The translations under genes and the position numbers were made by a program. From positions 558,001 to 622,000 of the forward strand of contig NW_026782147.1 of assembly GCF_031769215.1 (NCBI RefSeq): a stretch of DNA of 64,000 nucleotides. Direction: 5' to 3'. Source of the stretch: Ylistrum balloti. Taxonomy: Eukaryota. Positions within the stretch are counted from its first letter, which is position 1; each line of letters starts with the position of its first letter. Shown one piece after another: positions 45,240 to 57,200 of the stretch. The notes under the pieces are model-generated. The model made no database searches. It worked only from the letters and a program-made list of their open reading frames with translations, and was not told the DNA's origin.

Positions 45240-48200
45240 GTAAGAAATCGGAAGTTATCCAGTATTATGCGGCATGAATCTCTTCCATTGAAACAACCAA
45301 TTAATTTCTGTCATTTAGTGTTGTGAGTAAAGCATTTCGGATTGTTAGTTCAAATTTTCGTAAATTTAGCATTTATAATATCTGTTTCTTTAGTCATCTC
45401 CCAAATACTTTAACCTACAATAAAACTTCTGTTTCTAGCCTGTGAATGAAATAGGAAACTGCATCTTCGAACCTCTTGCTATCACCACCTGTACCTGACG
45501 AGGTCCCAAAATGTAAACCTCTAACCCTGACCGAACCTTGCCTTCATGTCCTCTGTCCTCAGCCTGTACATGGGGGGGGGGTACATTGCTATAAAACACT
45601 GTAATACACTAACCAGATTCTCAACCCAATATCCCCTGTCACCAAGCCTTATTTGACAGGGGGCGACTGAGAAACATACATACTTGTTGATTTAAATGTC
45701 AAACACCGGATAGGTGGGAGGCGCACTAACGCAAAATGATTACATTTCGAAATTTTTAATATTTTCTTAAGAATGCAAACTATGTCTGTATATTCTGAAC
45801 CGTGCCATGATTAGCATGAATCAAAACGTGGCATTCATGATATAGCAAACATCGGGAACTTAAAATTACCATAAGCAGCGTTTACCGCCTGCAATCTCGA
45901 AGATTGTCCAAAAACATAGATAAATAGCACATTTCTATTAAGTTTACAATTATTTCCAGGTGGTCTCCTATTAAAAAAAGAAATATTGTCTATACCTGCT
46001 GTTTAGAAACTCTTTCCAACTTTCATCATAGCTTTTTACTTTCATCGAAAACATGTTTTTTTTTTCTGATTATAAGAATTTAAGAAGTGTCTGTACTTAT
46101 GCCTTTTAGCTATCTATCCCATTTTCTTCAACTTCTTCATACTTCTTTGAACTAATAAATGTACCATCTCTTATATCTGTTAAAAATAGTAAGTCTTGAT
46201 ATGTAAATTTTATCTATCTTTTATTGTCTTCTGTTTCTTCTGATATTCCAGAAACACAAATCCTCTCGCCACTATGACTTTGACCTCAGTGACCCGTATT
46301 GTCACGTGTTCTCTAACGACTATCATCCACTTCATGACCGCCACCTCCGGAACCACTTCAATCAGCCCCAGATGAGGCGTCATCTGCTGAAGAATGATTT
46401 CCTTACTGACGACAACAAAGTAGTTTGTACTCTTAAGGAATTCAACAGGTACCGCCAGTACCTCCGGAGGGTCTGTCTCATGGAGTTGGCAAGGGAGCAG
46501 AGAATCGAGGTATATCTAGCTGCATTTATAATTAAGTTACCTCAGTGACATCACTATTATCGTGCACATANNNNNNNNNNNNNNNNNNNNNNNNNNNNNN
46601 NNNNNNNNNNNNNNNNNNNNNNNNNNNNNNNNNNNNNNNNNNNNNNNNNNNNNNNNNNNNNNNNNNNNNNNNNNNNNNNNNNNNNNNNNNNNNNNNNNNN
46701 NNNNNNNNNNNNNNNNNNNNNNNNNNNNNNNNNNGGATGATTTTACGTTTTTATTTTTGTATTCATAGAAAGAGGAATATCTAAACGCCCAAAAGGAAAC
46801 TACCGACAGCACAGAGGAGAAACCAACAGACCTCCGTATACGCCAGGTCCAAGAGAATCTAGATAAGCAAAGAACGAGGACACGGCAGAGGTAGGATATT
46901 CTGATGTTTGGAAATCAAAACCATTGGGAGAAATTGAGGTATAAGTATTGGTGTATTGGATTGGTAACAGGTTATAAAGACATCTATAGATGTTGCTGTG
47001 AAACCGATAACTCCCGAGTTCAGCGGATATTTGATAACTGGGAGCTTGGTATGTGTATTAAACAATTCTCTCCTTATTCAAACCTAGATGCGTCATTGGA
47101 GAGATTTTTTCAGTAATAATAGCAAATTCTCAAATTTTACTTGACTTGACTTAACTTCATGTACTTTCAAATTTGAATACTCCTGCTAACTCCTCACATG
47201 TATCCTAATAATGATGGGGTGTTCTGACTGTTCTTACTCATGGCTTTTCTTGCCTGCAGGATTGAGCAGTTATTGAAGGAGAAGGCGGATCGATTGCAGC
47301 GCCGTCTGGGAGAGATGCAGGAAGCGAACACAAGACGCGACCTGTTACGTCAACAGGACGAAAGCAAGCGTCATGCTGCCATCGCCCAACATCAATTACA
47401 GGTATGACGTCATACCTGTCAGATTTATTATAAGTGAGAGCAACATCAATCTGTTATTTTCATTATTTTTTCGTTGTAAGAAGTCCATCTGTAACAATCT
47501 TATTGTCAGGAAACCAAATATCTATTAACAAATTGTTAGAATGTTTACAAGATATTTCACCGTCTTATATCATCGAGTAAATTCTAATTTGATTTGCCGT
47601 AAAAGAATAAAAGAATGATTGTAAATGTTTTCTGTAACCTTGACAATATAATTCTTATATACTGTTGATTGATAAGCATTTTTTTCTCTCGCATAAATTC
47701 CCAAGATTAAAATTGCTGCGAATCTCATTAAAGGAGAAAAAACGCAATCGAAGATTAATTCAGCGTTGGAAGATTCGTGAACGACAACATATCAAACGCA
47801 TGGATGAGAAGAAAAAACAACGAATGTTTGATCAGAAAAAGAAGGTAATTAGAAAAAAAAACCAAAACAAAAGGTCAGAACAAAAAATGGCGAGTGTTTG
47901 TTCAGGAAAACGTGATTTTGAAAAATATATATATGACTAGTAGCAAGCGGAAAAAAAATAAATAAATAAAAATAATAAAATTGAGAACCGCGTTGAGACA
48001 CATCATAACTTCCAGTTATTTTGGATGAAAATTATTGAATGATAATTAGTTTTTAGTGAGTAGCATATTCGCCACAATCTTCCTGCAGCTGTAGGTGTTG
48101 TCGCGTCGCTGCTTCCTGGTCGCAGAGATACGACCGCATCAACACTCAGTATCGATAAATAGCAATATCAAGAAAGTAAAAAAAAAATAACAGAGCAGTC

Positions 48201-51200
48201 AATCATGTAGATGATGACAGGGATATCCTCTTACATTTAAGTATGTATACTTTTTCGTGAAAGTGTTTGGAAACAAATTACCGTAGAAATATAACAACTT
48301 CAATAATGCATCTACATCTTAGGAACAAGACACACTAATTGACTACAGCAGCGATTTGGGTCAGTGTATTGTGGAGAATAACCAGTAAAGATTGTACTTC
48401 ACGTTTTCAGAGCTTTGAGATGTGGGAAACTCGTAAACAGATACAGAGGGAACGCATTAAGCGTGAAGCTGAAATCCTGCGACGTGAAAATGAACGCCGG
48501 GACAGAAATATATCCGTGAGAGAACGCTTGCTGGCGGAACAACGGAATCGTATTACAGGTGATGACCGAGTGCATGAAGCAGAATTCATTGTGTCATATA
48601 ACAAGGTATCAGAAAACTACGTTCATCAGGTGATGTCCACCATAATATGTTATATTATGCTGCAGCATTCGAGCAAAGCTCTGTATGGCCGTAGACACGC
48701 CATCTCCCGTCCAGTATGTGTTACCTTGACGAAATATTATATAAACTATATTTCATCGCGTTTCCCCCACTTGTCTGGTTCACCCCGTCGCTTTTCACTT
48801 TCAAGGGCCTGGTTTAAGGAGATTTTCCTCCATTGGAGTAACGCTTCCGGTTTTCGGACCATCAAAAACTAAAGTCAATTCATTTGGGAGAGGAGGTAAC
48901 TCTGTCCAGTCTCTGTAATTCTCTAACTCTCCAGCACATAAAAAAGATGGCGTCGCAATAAATATACTTACTGGACCGTGAGAAATATAAATGTAACGCA
49001 TCTTCATATCTAACGTGACATATAAACTGTACGTAAAAACACTTTATCTCGACAGTCCGTTCGATTTGTATTTCTTCAGCACGTGTACAGCCTTAACTTA
49101 TCTAGGATGGTAGCCAGTAACGCACTGTGTGTAACAGGGAAGGGGGCTATGAAAATACGACAGATTAAGGTTTAGCTTGTTTCCTTATAAACATATGCCC
49201 TGTAGGTGCTTGATACCCTCCGATTGTTTGCCACGACCTGACCTCCGGTATTGTATACAACAATTTTGCAAAAGGAATGAACAATCATCTGTGCATTTTG
49301 CAGCTATTTTTGATGTAGGTTTTGTTTTGCAAGTATATGTCTTTTGAAATACCAGGTGCATGATATTTCCGCAGAATTTTGAATGCCGTCAAGAAGGTTT
49401 TGATATTTTACAAATCTACATTTTTCAACGAATCGGAAGGAAAGTTTGTTGACCTTAACAGTCAAAGATTTACAATATAAGGCTCTGGCTTTCAAAGATA
49501 ATTTCCACATGCAGAAAAAGTCTCCTTCGGTCTTTCTTTGGTGACGTAATAATTTACATTTTAAACAATTGGTACCTCCAGCCAATCGTGACTCCGCTTG
49601 GTGCATGTTATGTACGTATTGGGTGTCATTACATTTGAAACAGGATAGTTACTGCAGGTACAAAATTGTAAAAACTGTTCATTGATGTTGCAGCATAATT
49701 CGAAAACAGGCGATTTAATATTTTCAGCACAGTTAAACGCCATGAAGGAGACTATGAGGAAGCAGAAGGCGGAAAGCGAGGAAAAGTGTGCCCGTCGTTT
49801 GGAAAAAAAACTTGCTCTGGCAGAGTTGAGAGCTTGGGCGCGGCATCAGGGTTAGTACAACATAAGTTGATATTTGTAAAGTAACAATGGTCTTCAGAGA
49901 TAAAAAAAAAAAAGTAAGATTTACTGATATAGGGAACGAACCGTGTCCACTGGCGGATCCAGAGGGGGCCCGGCCATTTTTGCTATAATACTGAACTGAA
50001 GTATAGCACTTTAATAACAGACGGACTTGGGACAATATATGTAATTCATGAAAGCGGGGCTTGGCCCGAATCAGACTCTGTAAATTGGCTACATTGTAAA
50101 TTCACGGACAGATGTCGTTAATTTTGCTACTCAAATACGCTCTTAACTTCTCATTTTTTTCAATTTCGAAGGAATGTACCTGGAGGGAGGGTATTGTATC
50201 ATTCATATGAAACACGATCCTATACTTTTTTTTTCAAAAGTTCGAATTTGAAATAGTTATTTTTTTTAATCGGTCTCAAATCTAAACATGGATAAGACAG
50301 CATCAATGAAAATCTACAAGTGAAATTTGGTTAAATATTTCGTCAAAATCTTAAATGTCCCCTGTAGCATTTCTGTAGAATGACAGTAACGTGATTTTAT
50401 ATATACACGTGTTTACATTTAATTACTAATGTTTTGACTTCTACATCTCGATTTTCATATACAGTGTGTGATGTCTGCTCTATTTACACATCTCGAAAAG
50501 CAAACATATTGCCATTATTTCTAAAACTGGTGATTAGACGAAAGACTACCACTAGCAGCGTTGGAAAGAAACTTTTGAAATAAAATAAAGTTGATATGTC
50601 GGTCCTTAATCCGAAATATTTTGGCGTTTTTATCGACTTTGAGTCGGTAAAACTCCAAGCCGATACATAAAAGTCGATAAAACGTCAGAATAAATCGGAC
50701 TAGTCGGTCCTGTAGATTCTTTACAATGTCTTTTCAACACCACGTTCCTTACAAATTCCATTCCAAACCAAAGCAAGTTTCAGCCCTCTTTCCAGGTTTG
50801 AGTATAATTTTTGTTGTAGGCAAGAGGAGACGAGCAAGAAGAGCTCGGTTCAGAAGTATGTGGAATCTGGGGGATACTATGAACAGACTCATTTTCAGAA
50901 TGGACGGCAGTAATGTTCTTCGAGGTAATGCCACACTCTCCGCTGTATCAAACGACACCATATTGTTTATCACCGAGAAAGTAATACTGGGCGATATTAC
51001 CGAAGCAGCATTCCCGGCCCTTATCGGAGGGTGGTAACTCTAGCTGAAACATGTAATGAAAGACAACGCATGTTCTGTTTGTACCTTTTTTCCAGGAGTA
51101 TCCATTTAAATCTTTCAGTTGTTCATATTTTGACATAGTTTCATCGAATTCGAGTTAAAAAGATTCTGTTGACATGTTGGTACTTTCTTTTTTGTTTTTG

Positions 51201-54200
51201 TGAGAGTAACACATTATTTCTATATAATAAATGTGACCTGCCGGATGTAATAACGCGTACAGAACTTACGATGATGTTTTCAGGGAGAAAATCTGCATCT
51301 GGCTTCCTGCAAATGCTTAATGAAGCTGTAGACGATTTACACGAAACGCCGGAAGAGGTGAGAAGTCATATTATCAGTCACACTTTCATACCAGCATTAA
51401 AGTTTTTAATAAATCCTATCAAAGGTTATAATTAATTTCTTAGAAAGGTTTCAAAAACAAGAATGGCACACAATGTCTAAATTTGAGAATTTCATCAAGG
51501 ATTATTTTATAACAAATCCCTACGCATAACAGCTGGCGTGACATGACGTGACATCGTTGACAACTAACTCGCGCCATTTTCAGTCATTACAAAATAAAAC
51601 CCCCACCCCTCCTAGATGTTTTTTTTTCATAGAGAAATTAAAAGAAGAACTTATGCGAATCAGAAATTTGAATTTTGCGTACAAAAAAGAAAGATACTAT
51701 TCTCCTCTGTTTTTGTATATTCAAACATTTAAGAATATTTTTATGAAAGTGTTCCTACTACAAAATGTTGTGTGCATTGTCTTCATATTATTACCATTAC
51801 GTAAATTTAAGTTTTGATTGGTTTCTAATTGAAAGCTGTTTGGAGGAGACAGCAAACAAGCCAGACAGGATGATGATGTCCTCATCAGGGAACAGGCGAG
51901 ACAAATAGTGGACTCGGTGATTACTAAAGTCCGGACGGTAAGGGGTTTATTCTGACGAGGATCTTGATGCAGTAAATCAGTACGAGATGACTGCCATCTG
52001 TATGCTGGCCAACTCGCGTCACCTCGTAATCGTTAAGACACCGACGGAACGAGGGATCATGAGCGCGACGGCGAGGGAGAGAGATCACAACAGCGCGATA
52101 GAANNNNNNNNNNNNNNNNNNNNNNNNNNNNNNNNNNNNNNNNNNNNNNNNNNNNNNNNNNNNNNNNNNNNNNNNNNNNNNNNNNNNNNNNNNNNNNNNN
52201 NNNNNNNNNNNNNNNNNNNNNNNNNNNNNNNNNNNNNNNNNNNNNNNNNNNNNNNNNNNNNNNNNNNNNNNNNNNNNNNNNNNNNNNNNNNNNNNNNNNN
52301 NNNNNNNNNNNNNNNNNNNNNNNNNNNNNNNNNNNNNNNNNNNNNNNNNNNNNNNNNNNNNNNNNNNNNNNNNNNNNNNNNNNNNNNNNNNNNNNNNNNN
52401 NNNNNNNNNNNNNNNNNNNNNNNNNNNNNNNNNNNNNNNNNNNNNNNNNNNNNNNNNNNNNNNNNNNNNNNNNNNNNNNNNNNNNNNNNNNNNNNNNNNN
52501 NNNNNNNNNNNNNNNNNNNNNNNNNNNNNNNNNNNNNNNNNNNNNNNNNNNNNNNNNNNNNNNNNNNNNNNNNNNNNNNNNNNNNNNNNNNNNNNNNNNN
52601 NNNNNNNNNNNNNNNNNNNNNNNNNNNNNNNNNNNNNNNNNNNNNNNNNNNNNNNNNNNNNNNNNACAGCGAGCGATTGAGCACGCGGCGGCGAGGGAGT
52701 GATATTACAACAGCAGGAGAGTGAGAACGCAATGATGAGAGAGTGAGATAACAACAGCGAGAGAGTGAGAACGCGATGATGAAGGAGTGTGATCACAACA
52801 GCGCGAGAGTGAGAAAGTGACGGCGAGGGAGTGAGATTACAACAACGAAGGAGCGAGAACGCGACGACGAGGGAATGTGAACACAACAGCGCGAGGATGA
52901 GGGAGTGAGATTACAACAGCGCGAGAGTGAGAACACGACGGCGAGGAAGTGAGATCACAACAGCTCGAGGATGAGAGAGTGAGATCACAACAGCGCGAGA
53001 GTGAGAACACAACAGCAAGAGAGTGAGAACACGACGGCGAGGGAGTGAGATTACAACAGCGAGAGAGTGAGAACACAACAGCAAGAGAGTGAGAACACGA
53101 CGGCGAGGGAGTGAGATTACAACAGCGAGAGAGTGAGAACACGACAGCAAGGGAGTGTGATCACAACAGCGAGAGAGTGAGAACACGACGGCGAGGGAGT
53201 GTGATCACAACAGCGAGAGAGTGAGAACACGACGGCGAGGGAGTGTGATCACAACAGCGAGAGAGTGAGAACACGACGGCGAGGGAGTGTGATCACAACA
53301 GCGAGAGAGTGAGAACACGACGGCGAGGGAGTGTGATCACAACAGCGAGAGAGTGAGAACACGACGGAGAGGGAGTGTGATCACAACAGCGAGAGAGTGA
53401 GAACACGACGGCGAGGGAGTGTGATCACAACAGCGAGAGAGTGAGAACACGACGGCGAGGGAGTGTGATCACAACAGCGAGAGAGTGAGAACGCGATGAT
53501 GAGAAAGTGAGATTACAACAGCGCGAGAGAGAGAACGCGACGATGAGGGAATGAAATAACTACAGCGAAAGAGTGAGAACGCGACTTATTTAGTGTACAA
53601 GCTATTCCTGTCGCAGTTTCGGATGGTGTTATGGTTCTAATGGTTTACAATCAAGTATAAAGATCTTCTGATAACAGTATATAACATTACTTCCTTTGTA
53701 AACATATGTTATACCGCAAGCTTTTGGTGAAACCCTGAAAATTAGAACTTTCAATAATAAAACGCTTCACAGTAACTTATTATCCTGATGTGTAGGAGTA
53801 CATTTACTTAAGGACGAACTTATACTGTTTTTAAAGATTTATTCTATCAGTGATTTCTAAAGTACAGACAACACATTTTTGTACACTGTGCATATAACTT
53901 TTTAAACGATATTTCTTGTTTTAGGAACTTTATCCTGAATACTTACGGTCACTGGAACAGGCCAACCAAGACGGTAATTTATCCTAGTTTTGTATATTAT
54001 TTAAGTGTAATTTCCTAATGTCCAGTGAGTCACGTGCATGTTTTCTTCTTTCTGTATTTGGTATCTTTGTTTCTTTTTTTTTGTTTTATTCTAACATGAT
54101 ATCAGTTCATAACGTACATTTTTTGTTATTGTGATATATGGCTGAGTGTTCAATGAAGTTAACACATACAATCCCAATAATGTTATGATATCATAACACA

Positions 54201-57200
54201 CAATCCCCTTCGTGTTATGTTATCATAACACACAATCCCCAACGTGTTATGTTATCATAACACACAATCCCCAACGTGTTATGTTATCATAACACACAAT
54301 TCTCCTTCGTGTTATGTTATCATAACACACAATTCTCCTTCGTGTTATGTTATCATAACACACAATTCTCCTTCGTGTTATGTTATCATAACACACAATT
54401 CACTACCGTGTAATGTTATCATAACACCCAATTCCCTACCGTGTTATTGTATCATGGCACCTAATTCACTACCGTGTAATGTTATTATAACACCCAATTC
54501 CCTATCGTGTTATGTTATCATGGCACCCACTTTCCTACCGTGTAATGTTATCATAACACCCCATTCCCCTTCGTGTTATGTTAACTTAACACCCAATTCC
54601 CTACCGTGTTATGTTATCATAACATACAATTCCCTACCGTGTTATGTTATCATGACACCCAATTCATTTGAAGAATATTCAAGAATTTCAATATCATCTG
54701 TTTCGTCGACGTGTTATGTTATCATAACATCCATTTAACCAGCCTGATATGTTGTTGTAACATCCATTTCGTCGGGGTGTTATATCATCATACACTTGTT
54801 TCACCACCGTGTTATTTTGTTATAAAAATTATTTATTTCGCATTTAATGGCTGCTGTATACATGACAGGTCCAGAATCACAAGGAAAAGCGGTCAAGTTT
54901 GGAAAGCGAATCATTACTACCTATGCACGCCCGTCCATCGATGTGGATAACCTCCGCCCAGTCCAGGAACACGTCCTGACGCCCGTACCTTCTGTGAATA
55001 TGACACCTTCTGTCGGAGGCGAGGAAAGCTCCGAACATGCAATCGTAGAAAAAATATTAAATCGTCTTCTTGTTGATCTTAATGATAAAAAGTTTTCAAA
55101 AGAAGACTTGGTAAAACTGACATCATACTCGCTGCAATTACTCAGCTCAACAGATAATTCCTCATCGAATGATAACGACCTATCGGAGCTTGAGACAGGA
55201 GAGGTGTACGAGACTGCTGTTGCCAACGATCTGGTGCGTTTCACTCTCAGCAAGATTGTAGACGAAGTGAAGTCAGGTCAAGTGAGCAGTGAAGAAATGA
55301 CAGGACTGGCACTGTCTGCTTGGGAAATGGATTCTCCGTCTTTCACGGAGGACGGGGTCGTGGACTCACTCATAGAAGACACAATACAGCAAATCATCTC
55401 AGATAAAAGTTTCGACAGGGTGTCCTCGGTGCACGACTTCATGCTGGACGATTTCATTGTAAATACTCTGAACGAGATGAGCAATGATCTCCAGTCTGGC
55501 AATTTGCCAATGGGCGTGATATCACAAATTCTTGAACAAATGTCGGACATTGTGGAGGATATCCCCATTGGTGGTGTCGACAACCAGCCTGAGATGTTCA
55601 GGCGTCTGCTGGCACGCGTTATCGATGACGTCATATCTGAAAGCAGCGACACGCTCTACAAAGTCGTTAACATCATCATTACCTCATACCATACCTTCAG
55701 AGAATCGTCTACACAGGCTTTCTCGGAGCTGGTGGCAGAAACATGTCGGTGTATCTCTATATATCTCGGCAACGGGGAAGTCCATGATTCAGATGTGAAT
55801 TTTGGAGCGTTATGCGGTATTGCGACCAAAATTTGGCCAACAACAACATCTTCACAACAAGTGTACGAGATGACAACAAGGATCGCTAATATTCTTCAAA
55901 TTCAGACAGACGTGCAGAACATGGATGTTGATCACATTATACAAATGTCGAAAAGTCGTCTCAGCGAAGCTGGTGTTGATAATCTAACTAAAGTGGCACG
56001 TGTCATATTAGAGTCATGCAAGAACATTGTCGACACACTTCAGACTGAAGAACACCCTGAAGGAGAAACAAAACAAATCTTCCTTGACGACGTGACCCAA
56101 TTCGTAGTGGACATCCTGAAGCTTGTATCAAAAAGTATTGATCGAGGAAACTTCTCCGAGTCTGATATAGAGGAAATGACAGAGCTTCTCCAACACGTAA
56201 GTCGGGGTAATTCGTTAGCCCCTACACCGGTACCGGACAAAAAGGTCATTCTTATCAACACTTTAGCTTCGATACTGAATGACGTGGAAAACGGTCGATT
56301 AACTGAGGAGGAGATGCATGAACTTGGCAATCATTTGAGATCATGCGGAGAACGACTATTAGGCCCGTCCCCTAGTGCGTCAGTGGAAACAACGAGTCGT
56401 ATAGCATCTTTCACCAGCACTGCTGTGGCAGAGAATGTCGTTTCGCATGTATTATCTTCTATTCAGCCTGACATTGAAAAGGGCGTGGTGAATACGGAGT
56501 CACTAAAAGAGTTTGCTGTATGCATACTGAAAACAAGGGTGTCCAAAGAGAAGCTGGGGAGTGACGAATGCTTAGTACAGGCAGTCAATTCTAGCCATAC
56601 TCACCCTTCCCCTTGTGAGTCCAGATTGGCAGAAGATGTCGTCTTTGCAACAATCGACAATATCGTCAAGGACTTGAATGAAGGCAAACTTTATCCCGAC
56701 AAAGTAGCGTCATTAGCTATAGGGTTTGCTAAAGCTGGGGATGAGGAAAGATTGGACCATGCAATGAACAAAATATTGGACTGTCTTCGTGAAGATACCA
56801 TAGACAGAGAAGAAGCAAAGCGAATGTTCGTTACGATACTTGAACACTACAAATCCAACTGGAGTACAATGCCGGAGAGTCACGATGTATCAGCCCTTTC
56901 ATCGGCATCTCAATTAGCGGAATCTGTAATTCGTGCAACTTTAAAGAAAATTGAACGGGATATACGAAGTGGAGCTTATACTGAAACAGAACTGCTGTCT
57001 CTGATGGGAAGTACATGCGAAGAGGAAGGTCCTGCAGTTGCAGAGGATGTAGTCAACTTGATATCTGCCATTATTAAAGAAATACTACACAGTATAGAAT
57101 CGGAATCAATGTCGATTGAATCCCTGTCGAATTTCCTTTCTCTTTTCAAATCGCAAAAACAGGTAAACCTTGAAGAGCTTACGATGGAAATGGCAAAGAA

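Noticed and set aside
49955-49985. CTGGCGGATCCAGAGGGGG, resembling a DNA-transposon terminus
   Set aside because: No matching second terminus or target-site duplication was found, and it is too short to call.
50925-51037. Continuation of the ORF past FSIP2-like exon 8 (NATLSAV...LIGGW)
   Set aside because: The later donors give phase 0 or 2, incompatible with the next exon. CGAG|GTAATG at 50924 gives the correct phase.
54847-54868. Track start of the 1718-aa ORF as an independent intronless gene
   Set aside because: An in-phase acceptor at 54868/9 links it to the upstream FSIP2-like exons. An internal start cannot be excluded but is not supported.
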